A DNA stretch of 64,000 nt from NCBI GenBank assembly GCA_043775845.1, contig JAYVRY010000069.1, forward strand, positions 17,568 to 81,567. The letters are read 5' to 3'. Below are positions 51,002 through 64,000 of this stretch, one piece after another (the stretch's first letter is position 1; each line of letters starts with the position of its first letter). This DNA is from Acidobacteriota bacterium. GTDB taxonomy: Bacteria; Acidobacteriota; Holophagae; Holophagales; Holophagaceae. The notes beneath the pieces were generated by a model. That model searched no databases. It had not been told where the DNA came from and was given only the letters and a program-made list of their open reading frames with translations. A program made the position numbers and the translations under genes.

Positions 51002-51097
51002 GCGATTCTCCTGGCGGGAAAGAGCCTGGGTCCCTTGACCCGAAACGGGGATGTGCCACACTTGATGTTCGTACGAGATCTTTGTCAGTTCCATAGC

Positions 51098-52644
<1,547 letters not shown>

Positions 52645-52648
52645 TCCG

Positions 52649-53584
52649 ATGCCCGTCAAGATCGCCGAATCCCTCCCCGCCAGAGGCATCCTTGAAGCGG
52701 AAAACGTGTTCCTCATCGAGGAACGCCGCGCCCTGCAGCAGGACATTCGGCCCCTGCGCATCGCCATCCTCAATCTGATGCCCACCAAGGTGGCCACGGA
52801 AACCCAGCTCCTCCGCCTGCTCGGCAACACGCCCTTGCAGGTGGAGGTCACGCTGCTGCACATGTCGTCGCACACCTCGAAGAACACCTCCGCCGAACAC
52901 CTGCTAGAACACTACGTGTCCTTCGCGGAGGTGCGCCACCAGTCCTTCGACGGCCTCATCATCACCGGTGCACCAGTGGAGACGCTGCCCTTCGAAGACG
53001 TGGACTACTGGCCTGAGCTGACCGAGCTGCTGGACTGGGCGAAAACGAACGTCTTCTCCTGCTTCTTCATCTGCTGGGGCGCCCAGGCCGGGCTTTACCA
53101 CTACTACGGCGTGCCCAAGTTCCCCCTGCAGGACAAGAAGTTCGGCGTTTTCTCTCACACGCTGAAGGTTCACAACGAGCGTATCGTGCAGGGCTTCGAT
53201 GATGTCTTCTTCGCGCCCCACTCCCGCCACACGGAAACCCGGCGCGAGGACATCCTCCGCGACCCGCGGCTGACGCTGCTCGCCGAATCCGACGAGGCCG
53301 GGGTATACCTGGTGCAGTCGGCGGACCGTCGCCACGTCTTCGTCACCGGCCATTCCGAATACGACCCCTGCACCCTGCAGGGCGAGTACGCGCGGGATCT
53401 CGGCAAGGGGCTCGCCATCGGCATCCCGCAGAACTACTTCCCAGGCGACGATCCCTCGCGGGAGCCCGTGGTGCGCTGGCGCGGTCACTCCAATCTGCTC
53501 TTTTCGAACTGGTTGAACTACTTCGTTTACCAGGAGGCACCCTTCGATCTGGGCCGTCCCACGGCGGAAGGAGGAGAGGCATGA
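52649..53584 (+). CDS. metA: MetA-family homoserine O-acyltransferase (acetyl type predicted)
   Basis: [39 protein letters not shown]. Confidence 0.94.
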   Translation: MPVKIAESLPARGILEAENVFLIEERRALQQDIRPLRIAILNLMPTKVATETQLLRLLGNTPLQVEVTLLHMSSHTSKNTSAEHLLEHYVSFAEVRHQSFDGLIITGAPVETLPFEDVDYWPELTELLDWAKTNVFSCFFICWGAQAGLYHYYGVPKFPLQDKKFGVFSHTLKVHNERIVQGFDDVFFAPHSRHTETRREDILRDPRLTLLAESDEAGVYLVQSADRRHVFVTGHSEYDPCTLQGEYARDLGKGLAIGIPQNYFPGDDPSREPVVRWRGHSNLLFSNWLNYFVYQEAPFDLGRPTAEGGEA

Positions 53585-54921
53585 CGTTGAAAGTTCTCAA
53601 ATTCGGCGGAAGTTCCGTGGGCAACGCCGAGGCACTCCTCCGCGCGGCGGCCATCGTCCGCGATGAGCTGCCCAGGGGCGGCCTGGTGGTGGTATCGGCC
53701 TTGAGGGGCACCACGGATCAAATCATCGATGCCTGTTCCGCAGCAGGTCGCGGCGATCTGCCCGCAGCTCAGGCCCGCTTGGCTGACCTCCAAGCACGCC
53801 ACCAGATCGTGGCCGAGGAACTCGGCCTCACCCAGGCCGTGGCAACGGCCTGGGCTCCCCTCTTCGCCAGGTTGGAACAACTCCTGACCGGCATGGCCAT
53901 GCTGGGCGAAGCCACGCCCCGCGCGCTCGACGCGGCCTTGGCCGTGGGCGAAACGCTGTCGGCCAACCTGGCGGCCTTCTGCTTCGGCGGCGTCTTCCAG
54001 GATGTGCGCGAGGTCATGAAGACCGATGCCCGCTTCGGCAAGGCCCGGCCCCTGCTCGACGACATCCGCAGGGCCGGAGCGCCTTGGCGCGAAGCCTTCG
54101 CGGGTGGCGCCCTGTGGGTGACCCAGGGGTTCCTGGGGTCCTCACCCGAGGGCATCAGCACCACGCTGGGCCGGGGCGGCTCGGACACCAGCGCCACCCT
54201 GCTGGGTGAAGCCCTCGATGCCAGCGAGGTGCAGATCTGGACCGATGTGGATGGCGTCCTCACCGCTGATCCCAGCCTGGTGAAGGAAGCGCGGCCCATC
54301 CCCCAGATGAGCCTGGGCGAAGCCGAAGCCCTCAGCGCTTTCGGCGCCAAGGTGCTGCACGCGGATTCGCTGGCGCCTGGAGGCCGGGCGGGCTTTCGCC
54401 TGGTGGTGGCCAACACGCTGCGGCCCGGCGCCTCCCGCACGGAAATCCTGCCCCATCCTCCGGCCCGACCCGCCGGCGCGGTGACCTCCGTGGCCTACAA
54501 GGAAGGCATCAGCCTCCTGCGCTTTCCCGCCTCTGCCGGACTGGAGCCACCACTGGAAGCGGCCCGCAGCCTGGAGGAAGCAGGCGCCCTACGCTTCGGC
54601 TTGATCTCCAGCCCGGCCGGTACCCTGCTTGCGGTGCGCCCCGAGACCCACGCTGCGGCCGAAGTGCTCGGCACGCTCGCCGCTTCAGGCGTCACCTGCG
54701 AATCCGGCTGGGCCGTGGTGGCCCTGGTGGGCGAAGGCCTGCGAGCCGATCCTGTGGCGGCCCTGCGCCACCTGGGCGCCCTGGGGCAGGAGCCCGTGGG
54801 CGGCCTCCTCACCGGCAGCAGCACCGTGTCCATCGCCTTCCTCGTTCCCGAATCCCGGCTGGGTGACTTGATCCCCCGCCTTCACGACCGCTGTGTGCTC
54901 GATGCACAGGAGCCCTCATGA
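53581..54921 (+). CDS. Aspartate kinase
   Basis: [34 protein letters not shown]. Confidence 0.92.
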   Translation: MTLKVLKFGGSSVGNAEALLRAAAIVRDELPRGGLVVVSALRGTTDQIIDACSAAGRGDLPAAQARLADLQARHQIVAEELGLTQAVATAWAPLFARLEQLLTGMAMLGEATPRALDAALAVGETLSANLAAFCFGGVFQDVREVMKTDARFGKARPLLDDIRRAGAPWREAFAGGALWVTQGFLGSSPEGISTTLGRGGSDTSATLLGEALDASEVQIWTDVDGVLTADPSLVKEARPIPQMSLGEAEALSAFGAKVLHADSLAPGGRAGFRLVVANTLRPGASRTEILPHPPARPAGAVTSVAYKEGISLLRFPASAGLEPPLEAARSLEEAGALRFGLISSPAGTLLAVRPETHAAAEVLGTLAASGVTCESGWAVVALVGEGLRADPVAALRHLGALGQEPVGGLLTGSSTVSIAFLVPESRLGDLIPRLHDRCVLDAQEPS

Positions 54922-55682
54922 CCCTCGGCCTCTCCAGCCTTCGTGTGCTCGTCACCGGCGGCAGCCGCGGCATCGGCGCCGCCACCGTGCGCCTCCTCGC
55001 TAGGCACGGCGCCAAGGTGGCCTTCACCTACCTGCGGCACGAGGACGAAGCGCTGCGCCTGCAATCGGAACTGACGGAATGGGGCCAGACCACCCTGGCC
55101 ATTCGCGCCGATCAGCGCCTCAGGGCCGATGCCCAGGTGGCCGTGGCCAGCGTGGAAGCAGCCTGGGGCGGGCTGGATGCCTTCGTGGGCAATGCCGGCA
55201 TCTGGGCTGCCACGCCTGCGGAATTGGAGGATGAGAGCGTGCTGCTGGACATCCTGGAAACCAACGTGACGGGCCTCTTCCGCTGGAACGCCGAAGTAAT
55301 CCCCGCCCTCAAGCGGGCCGGGGGCGGCAACCTGGTGCTGCTCTCCAGCACCGCAGGACAGCGCGGCGAATCCGGCCACGGAGCCTATGCCGCCAGCAAG
55401 GGCGCCGTCATCTCCCTGGTGAAGTCCCTGGCGCCCGAACTGGGCTCCCATGGCATCCGCGTGAACGCCGTGGCGCCGGGTTGGGTGGATACGGACATGA
55501 GCGCCTCGGCCCTGCGCACGGATTCCGCTCAGCGGGCCCGCATCGCCGCCGCCTTCCCGCTGGGCCGCATCCCCGAAGCCGAGGATTTGGCGGGCCCCGT
55601 GGCCTTCCTCCTCAGCCCCTGGGCCGCCGCCATCACGGGTGAAGTGCTGAACGTGAACGGGGGCACGGTCCTCTGCGGCTGA
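54918..55682 (+). CDS. Short-chain dehydrogenase/reductase
   Basis: TGGSRGIG, NAG, YAASK, VNAVAPG; ATGA overlap. Confidence 0.93.
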   Translation: MTLGLSSLRVLVTGGSRGIGAATVRLLARHGAKVAFTYLRHEDEALRLQSELTEWGQTTLAIRADQRLRADAQVAVASVEAAWGGLDAFVGNAGIWAATPAELEDESVLLDILETNVTGLFRWNAEVIPALKRAGGGNLVLLSSTAGQRGESGHGAYAASKGAVISLVKSLAPELGSHGIRVNAVAPGWVDTDMSASALRTDSAQRARIAAAFPLGRIPEAEDLAGPVAFLLSPWAAAITGEVLNVNGGTVLCG

Positions 55683-55913
55683 TCACCCCTGTCGCAGCAG
55701 CCAGGCCGTCAGCCTCGAATGGAAGCCCTGGGGGTCCTCCAGATCCGAAGCCCTCAGTCGCGCGGGGTGGGCAGGATCCCCCACCACCAGGGGGGTCGCC
55801 TCCAGCAGGTTGGGCAGCCGAAGGCCACCCTGCAGGGACCAGATGGCCCCACGGGTTTCGGCATCCCTCGGCTTGGAAGCCTGGCGCCGTTCCCCCCGTG
55901 TTTCACAGCTCAT
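55683..55913 (-). CDS. Small hypothetical protein
   Basis: 76-aa ORF with strong GGAGAAGGA RBS, abutting the SDR stop; no recognisable motif. Confidence 0.4.
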   Translation of the reverse strand: MSCETRGERRQASKPRDAETRGAIWSLQGGLRLPNLLEATPLVVGDPAHPARLRASDLEDPQGFHSRLTAWLLRQG

Positions 55914-56151
55914 GGTCCTTCTCCCGTGGTTTTAAAAAGATAGGCATCTCGTCCTCTCGCGCCAGCTATCCCTTCCACATTCAGAAATAGGAAGTCCTCA
56001 AGAGACTCAGTAATCCTCTTGCTTTGGGCGGGGAGGTACGAGGAACGAGGCCTGACAGACTAAGCAGAGGCCTCGAATGAACATGAATAATTCGGCATCC
56101 CACCTCAGCGCGGCAGCATTGGCTTATGCTGGGTGGCTCTGAGGTTCTTTC

Positions 56152-58218
56152 ATGCGCCGACCCCTTTCCCCCTTGGCCCTGTGTCTGCTCGTCTCCAGTC
56201 TGGTGGCGGCCCCACCCAGGCACGGCGCACCGGCTCCAACCCAGAACCAGGGCATCGATCTGGTTGGCATGGGCCGCGCCACGGCCCCGGGGGACGACTT
56301 CTTCACCCATGCCAACGGCGCCTGGGTGGAGCACACGGAGATCCCCGCCGACCTGGGCTCCTACGGCGTAGGCCACGAGGTGTCGGACCGCACGGACAAA
56401 CGCACTGCGGATCTCATCAAGGCCGCAGCGGCTTCGAAGGCACCCAAGGGTTCCGACCAGCGAAAAATCGGCGACTACTTCACCAGTTTCATGAATGAGA
56501 AAGCCATCACGGCTCGGGGCCTGGCGCCCCTGAAGCCCGCCCTTCAGGCCATTCAGTCCATCCATGACCGGAAGGCCTTGGCCCACTACCTCGGCACCAC
56601 CTTGCAGGCCGATGTGGATGTGCTCAACGCCACCAACTACGTCACGCCGAACCTCTTCGGCCTCTGGGTGGCGCAGGATCTGGACGATCCCACCCGCTAC
56701 GCGCCCTTCCTCCTCCAGGGCGGCCTGGGCCTGCCCGACCGCAGCTACTACCTGGAGGCAGCCGAGGACATGGCCGCCGTGCGGGCCCAGTACCTCGCCC
56801 ATGTGGGCGCCATGCTGAAACTCGCGGGCCTACCTGATGGCGCCACCCGCGCAGTCGGCGTGGTGGACCTCGAAACCCGCATGGCCAAGGTGCATGCGGG
56901 CCGCGAAGAATCCGGCGATGTGCTGAAGGGGAACAACCACTGGCGCCGCGCCGACTTCACCACCAAGGCCCCGGGCCTGGACTGGGAGACCTTCTTCGCC
57001 GCCGCCGAGCTGAAACAACCCGAGGTCTTCGTGGTCTGGCAGCCCGCCGCCTTCAAGGGGCTGTCCGCTCTCACGGCGGAAGTCTCCCTCGACACCTGGA
57101 AGGACTACCTCACCTTCCATGCCATTCAGCGCCGGGCGCAGGTTCTCCCCAAGGCCGTGGCCGACCAGTCCTTCGCTTTCTACGGCAAGGTGCTGAGTGG
57201 CACCACGCAGCAACGGGCGCGTTGGAAGACGGCTGTGGCCCTCACCAACCAGGCCCTGGGGGAGGTGGTGGGCAAGGCCTATGTGGCCAAGTTCTTCCCC
57301 CCTTCCGAAAAGGCCCGGGCCCAGGCCATGGTCGTCAACATCATCGCGGCTTTCCGCGCGCGCATTGAGCACCTGGATTGGATGTCCCCCGAGACCAAGG
57401 CCAAGGCCGTGGCCAAGCTCGCCGTCCTCAAGGTGGGCGTGGGCTACCCGGATCACTGGCAGGACTACAGTGGTTTGAAGGTCGTGGCGGGCGATGCCTT
57501 TGGCAACGTGGAACGGGCCGAACGCTTCGACTATGTCCGCAACCTGCGCAAGCTGGGCCAGCCCGTGGATCGCTCGGAATGGGTGATGACGCCCCAGACC
57601 GTGAACGCCGTGAACCTGCCCGCCATGAACGCCCTCAACTTTCCGGCGGCCATCCTGCAGCCGCCCTACTTCGACCCCAAGCGGCCCATGGTGCTGGACT
57701 ACGGCTCCACTGGCGCCACCATCGGCCACGAGATCAGTCACAGTTTCGATGATTCAGGCTCACTCTTCGATGCCAGCGGCAGGCTCAGCAACTGGTGGAC
57801 GCCCGAGGATCTGAAACACTTCCAGGCCTCCTGGGATCAGCTGGTGAAACAGTTCAACGCCTACGAACCCCTGCCCGGCCTACATATCAACGGTCGCCAA
57901 ACCCTGGGCGAGAACATCGCCGATGTGGCCGGACTGGCCGCCGCTTTCGACGCCTATCGGCTCTCCCTGGGCGGCAAGCCCGCCCCGGTGATCCAGGGCT
58001 TCACGGGCGACCAGCAGTTCTTCCTCAGCTATGCCCAAAGCTGGCGGGAAAAAACACGGGAGCCGCTGCTGCGCCAACAGGTTCTCGCCGATGGCCATGC
58101 GCCGGGCGCGGAGCGATCCGCCACCGTGCGCAATCTCGACGCCTGGTACGAAGCCTTTCAGGTGAAGCCAGGGCAGAAGCTCTACCTGGCCCCCGCAGAG
58201 CGCGTGAAGGTCTGGTAG
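56152..58218 (+). CDS. Secreted M13 (neprilysin/PepO-like) metallopeptidase
   Basis: Signal peptide, PGDDFF, VNA, NFPAAILQPP, GHEISHSFD, GENIAD. Confidence 0.95.
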   Translation: MRRPLSPLALCLLVSSLVAAPPRHGAPAPTQNQGIDLVGMGRATAPGDDFFTHANGAWVEHTEIPADLGSYGVGHEVSDRTDKRTADLIKAAAASKAPKGSDQRKIGDYFTSFMNEKAITARGLAPLKPALQAIQSIHDRKALAHYLGTTLQADVDVLNATNYVTPNLFGLWVAQDLDDPTRYAPFLLQGGLGLPDRSYYLEAAEDMAAVRAQYLAHVGAMLKLAGLPDGATRAVGVVDLETRMAKVHAGREESGDVLKGNNHWRRADFTTKAPGLDWETFFAAAELKQPEVFVVWQPAAFKGLSALTAEVSLDTWKDYLTFHAIQRRAQVLPKAVADQSFAFYGKVLSGTTQQRARWKTAVALTNQALGEVVGKAYVAKFFPPSEKARAQAMVVNIIAAFRARIEHLDWMSPETKAKAVAKLAVLKVGVGYPDHWQDYSGLKVVAGDAFGNVERAERFDYVRNLRKLGQPVDRSEWVMTPQTVNAVNLPAMNALNFPAAILQPPYFDPKRPMVLDYGSTGATIGHEISHSFDDSGSLFDASGRLSNWWTPEDLKHFQASWDQLVKQFNAYEPLPGLHINGRQTLGENIADVAGLAAAFDAYRLSLGGKPAPVIQGFTGDQQFFLSYAQSWREKTREPLLRQQVLADGHAPGAERSATVRNLDAWYEAFQVKPGQKLYLAPAERVKVW

Positions 58219-58279
58219 GACACCTGGTCCAAGTCGGGCCAGTCGCCACGCTACGCTCGAACCTTTCGCTGGAGCTCCC

Positions 58280-58879
58280 ATGCCCTTACTCGATTCTTCC
58301 CGCAGCATCCTGGTGCTCATCGATTTCCAAGGCAAGCTCGTGCACATGGTGCACCGGCCCGCCCTGGTGCTGGAGACGGCCCGCCGGCTCCTACGGCTGG
58401 CGGACCTGTTCGCCGTGCCGGTGGTGCTCACGGAGCAGTACCCCAAGGGCATCGGCCCCACGGAGACGAGCATTCGCGAGGGCTACGACGCCCTCACCAC
58501 GCCCAGGTTCTTCCTGGAGAAGACCGCCTTCGGCTGCTGTGGCGACGCGGGCTTCGAGGTTCTGCTCCAGCAGGCGCGGCCTGGTCTGCGGCCCGAACAA
58601 CGGCAGATCGTCATCGCGGGGATGGAAACGCATGTCTGCGTCATGCAGACCGTGCTGGAACTGCTGGGCACGGGTCACGAGGTGCACCTCTGCTGGGATG
58701 GCATCAGCGGCCGGGGCGAGGAGTACCGAAAACATGCCCTCGACCGCATGGCCGCCGCCGGAGCCACCCTCACCAACCACGAGTCCGTGGCCTTCGAGTG
58801 GGCCCGCGACAAGAACCACCCTCAGTTCAAGGCCCTGTCGGCGCTCATGAAAGAGGGGCAACCGTCGTTTGGGGGCTGA
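58280..58879 (+). CDS. Isochorismatase-family hydrolase
   Basis: LIDFQ, TEQYPKGIGPT, EKTAF, GMETHVCV. Confidence 0.9.
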   Translation: MPLLDSSRSILVLIDFQGKLVHMVHRPALVLETARRLLRLADLFAVPVVLTEQYPKGIGPTETSIREGYDALTTPRFFLEKTAFGCCGDAGFEVLLQQARPGLRPEQRQIVIAGMETHVCVMQTVLELLGTGHEVHLCWDGISGRGEEYRKHALDRMAAAGATLTNHESVAFEWARDKNHPQFKALSALMKEGQPSFGG

Positions 58880-58898
58880 TTCCGAAGGTTGCCGAAGG

Positions 58899-58950
58899 CT
58901 CAGCGTGGCTTCGGCGTGGAAGACGGACCCCACGCCGAAGCCACGCTGAG
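58899..58950. repeat. Perfect 21-bp inverted repeat with 10-nt loop
   Basis: CTCAGCGTGGCTTCGGCGTGG ... CCACGCCGAAGCCACGCTGAG. Confidence 0.85.
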
Positions 58951-58981
58951 ATGGGAATGAATTCGCACAGGAGCCACTGCC

Positions 58982-59584
58982 ATGCCCCGCATCCACGGCC
59001 ACCCCGTCCCCGCCCTCTTCCCGGCAGCAGGGCCCGTTTCCGTGATGCTCTTTGGCGAGGCGCCAGGCCCCCGCGGCGCCGATCAGTCCGGCATTCCCTT
59101 CTGGGGTGATGGAGCCGGGGTCACGGTCTACCGGGCCCTGGCGGCCACGGGTCGCGCCGAAGTACCCGAAGCCGCCTGGGGCGATTGGGATGGCGCCCGG
59201 TTCAAGACCCTGGGCCTGGAGCCGCATCTTCATGGCACGGCCCTCAGCAACGCCTATCCCGCCTGTCCCACCAAGGATGGCGAGCATTTCCATGCTCCTT
59301 CGAACAAGGACCTGCTGGCTCCCGGAAATCTGGCGCGCCTATCGGCCGAACTGACCCGCGCGGCCCAGGGACGAAGCACACCCCTCCGGGTGGTCGCCTT
59401 CGGCAAGCGCGCCCAGTGGGTGCTGGGCCGCCTCCCCGAAGCCCCGGCCTTCGAGCTGCATGCCCTGCCCCACCCCAGCGCCCAGGGCCTCCTCCAGGGC
59501 GCACCGAACAAGGGGAAGGGCTTAAGGCTCGAGGATCTGCGTCGGGAGTGGCAGGAACGGCTTCGAACGCTCCTCGAAGCCTGA
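58982..59584 (+). CDS. Uracil-DNA glycosylase superfamily protein
   Basis: GEAPG motif A, GIPF, N..CP, HPS motif B. Confidence 0.75.
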   Translation: MPRIHGHPVPALFPAAGPVSVMLFGEAPGPRGADQSGIPFWGDGAGVTVYRALAATGRAEVPEAAWGDWDGARFKTLGLEPHLHGTALSNAYPACPTKDGEHFHAPSNKDLLAPGNLARLSAELTRAAQGRSTPLRVVAFGKRAQWVLGRLPEAPAFELHALPHPSAQGLLQGAPNKGKGLRLEDLRREWQERLRTLLEA

Positions 59585-59587
59585 GGC

Positions 59588-61588
59588 TCAGGGCTTCTTC
59601 GGGTTCAGCTTGGCCGTGAACCAGTCCAGGTTCGCCTCGCCCAGTCGCAACAGGGCGCGAGGTTCCGTGGGCCCGTGGGCTTGCCGGGGCACCACCAGCA
59701 TGCGCACCTCCACGCCCTGGCGCTGGAGGGCGTTGAACAGCTCGTAGCCCTGGGAGATGGGCACGCGCTGATCTCCCTCGCAGTGCTGGATGAGGGTGGG
59801 GGTGGTGACGCCCTTCACCTGGAACAGCGCCGAATGGGCCCGGTAGCGCTCCAGCTGCTCCCAGCTGTCCCCGCCGAAGTAGTCGGGCACGAAACTGGGG
59901 ATATCCGTGCTGCCGTTGAAGCTCATGAGGTTGGTGACCCCGGCGCCCACGCTGGCGGCCTTGAAGCGATGGGTCTGCGTGATGGCCCAGCTGGTCATGA
60001 AGCCGCCGTAGCTCCAGCCCAGGATGCCCAGGCGATCCTTGTCGGCCACGCCCATGGCGATCACATGGTCCACGCCCGCCATCAGATCCTGGAAATCCTT
60101 GCCGCCCCAGTCCTGTTCATTGGCGAAGCGGTAAGCGCGGCCGTAGCCCGAGGAACCCCGGATGTTGGTGCGGAGAATGGCGAAACCCTGCTCTGCGAAG
60201 GCCGCCAGGGGATACTGCGAAGGCATGGCCACATAGGTTTCCCCGGCCACTTGCGTGGGACCGCCGTGGGGCGAGACCAGGAGTGGGACCCGCTCCCCTG
60301 ATTTCCAATGGGTGGGGTAGCTGAGCAGCCCCTCGATCGCCAGGCCATCGGGCCCCTTCCAACGGATCACCTCGGTGCGAGGCAGGGCCAGGCCCGGCAG
60401 GGTCGCATTGGGCCGGCCCACTACCTTCAGGCTGAACCCCGCGATGGGGCTGAAGGCCAGTGCGGGCGGCTCCGTGGAAGATTGCACCACGATGGCGAGA
60501 TGGCGGCCCGTGGGATCCAGGGTCACGAAGTCTCCCGCGCCCACCATGCTGCCCGAGGCCACGGTCCAGGTGCCGGTATCCAAGCGCACCAGGCTGCCGT
60601 CGCTGACCTTCTGGGCGGAGATGGAACCGCGTGTGCCTTGGGTTTCCGCGAAGAGCAGGTGCTGACCGTCGCCTGCCCAGCCCAGGAGGTGAGGTTGTTC
60701 ATCGGGCGTGAGTGGCAGGGCCCGCACCGCGCCGGTGCTCAGGGTCAGGATCGCCAGGCGGTCCGCAGTGGGCCAGCGGGGCGGTACCTCGCTGAGCTGG
60801 AACGCGAGGGTCTGGCCATCCCGGCTGAAGCGCGGTTCCCGCTCGGCGGCTGCCGTAGTGGCCAGGTTCCGCTGCTTGCCGGAGGCCACGTCCACCAGAC
60901 CGATGTCGGAGGTGGTCCAGTGATCGGCCTTGGCGCTCTTGACATGGGCATAGGCGATGGAGGCGCCATCCGGTGACCAGTCAAAGGAGGTCACCTGCCG
61001 CGGTTCGGGCGTGAGCAGCCGGGGTGCCTTTGAGGGGCCACCCTCGGCCAGTTCCAGCACGTACAGACGGGCGAAGCGGGGCCCTTCCTCGTGCCAGCGG
61101 AGGTCATCCTTGGCCTTGTCGCGCTTCTCGTCCTCCTCCGAGCGGGGGTCCACCATGGTGAAGGCCAAGTGTTTTCCGTCTGGCGACCAGGCGAAGGCGC
61201 TGACCTCGCCCTTGCCCGAGGTGAGCGCCTCGGCCTCGCCCCCATCCATGCGCAGCATCCAGACCTGCATCTTCCCGGCGCGGGCGCTGCGGTAGGCCAG
61301 CCGGGTGCCGTCGGGGCTCCACTGGGGATCGAGGCTGGATTTGTCGGCGAAGGTCAGGGGTCGGCTGCCACTGCCATCGGTGGCGGCCAGGTGGATCTGG
61401 GTTCGGAACTCACTCTGGTCGGCTCCCAGGTGCACAGTTCGAATCAGGTAGGCGATGCGCCGCCCATCCGGGCTGGGTCGGGGGCTGTCCAGGCGCTTCA
61501 CCTGGAGCATGGCTTCGGCGGTCCAGACGGTGGGTGGCGCCTGGGCGCCGAGGGCAACGGCCAACAGGACGAACAGCAGGCTTCGCAT
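59588..61588 (-). CDS. Secreted S9 peptidase (PD40 beta-propeller plus alpha/beta hydrolase)
   Basis: WSPDG repeats, HGGP, GWSYGG, DQRVP, catalytic His in QAHG. Confidence 0.94.
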   Translation of the reverse strand: MRSLLFVLLAVALGAQAPPTVWTAEAMLQVKRLDSPRPSPDGRRIAYLIRTVHLGADQSEFRTQIHLAATDGSGSRPLTFADKSSLDPQWSPDGTRLAYRSARAGKMQVWMLRMDGGEAEALTSGKGEVSAFAWSPDGKHLAFTMVDPRSEEDEKRDKAKDDLRWHEEGPRFARLYVLELAEGGPSKAPRLLTPEPRQVTSFDWSPDGASIAYAHVKSAKADHWTTSDIGLVDVASGKQRNLATTAAAEREPRFSRDGQTLAFQLSEVPPRWPTADRLAILTLSTGAVRALPLTPDEQPHLLGWAGDGQHLLFAETQGTRGSISAQKVSDGSLVRLDTGTWTVASGSMVGAGDFVTLDPTGRHLAIVVQSSTEPPALAFSPIAGFSLKVVGRPNATLPGLALPRTEVIRWKGPDGLAIEGLLSYPTHWKSGERVPLLVSPHGGPTQVAGETYVAMPSQYPLAAFAEQGFAILRTNIRGSSGYGRAYRFANEQDWGGKDFQDLMAGVDHVIAMGVADKDRLGILGWSYGGFMTSWAITQTHRFKAASVGAGVTNLMSFNGSTDIPSFVPDYFGGDSWEQLERYRAHSALFQVKGVTTPTLIQHCEGDQRVPISQGYELFNALQRQGVEVRMLVVPRQAHGPTEPRALLRLGEANLDWFTAKLNPKKP

Positions 61589-61755
61589 GGGAACTCCGGG
61601 GGAGTGGCCAGCGTGGTCTTGCCCGCCTCATGCGTCAAGATGAAGGAATCATGAAGGGATATCGCTCTTAACATTTTTTAACAGGATTCTCACCCTCCTT
61701 ATCTCGTAAGCTGATGGCCTCCCCCCGTAGGGATCTTTTACAGCTTGGAGGCATC

Positions 61756-64000
<2,245 letters not shown>

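Overview
GC-rich bacterial chromosomal window. Gene content and style suggest Acidobacteriota/Holophagae (Geothrix-like), which is inference only. From left to right: the 5' part of an F1Fo ATP synthase operon (atpF', atpF, atpH, atpA, partial atpG; minus strand); tRNA-Val(TAC) and tRNA-Asp(GTC) followed by a multi-hairpin element; a frameshifted serine hydrolase; der; two tandem secreted proteases (M4 and S53) that share a leader motif, a ~95% identical C-terminal module and terminators; recN; a serine hydrolase; an outer-membrane-protein remnant; an orphan TPR histidine kinase; a tightly coupled ~11 kb run (cystathionine beta-synthase-like, orphan E1-beta, then a putative synthase-dependent exopolysaccharide system of CE4 deacetylase, TPR-glycoside hydrolase, TPR-beta-barrel, lone receiver, HEAT protein, GT2 and GH-like lipoprotein); a ~24 kb sulfate-to-methionine region in three operons, each led by a near-identical SAM-I riboswitch; and several peptidases (M13, S9, partial M16). 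No CRISPR array, transposase, integrase or phage gene was seen. Best candidates for new biology: the HEAT/receiver-associated EPS system, SAM-I switches with an extended P1 helix and a possible P2-based antiterminator, the swap-cassette protease pair, a Zn-ligand-less YitJ-type MTHFR with a coupled ferredoxin, and a palindromic element read in-frame at the start of cysN. All calls come from reading the sequence by eye; no searches were run.
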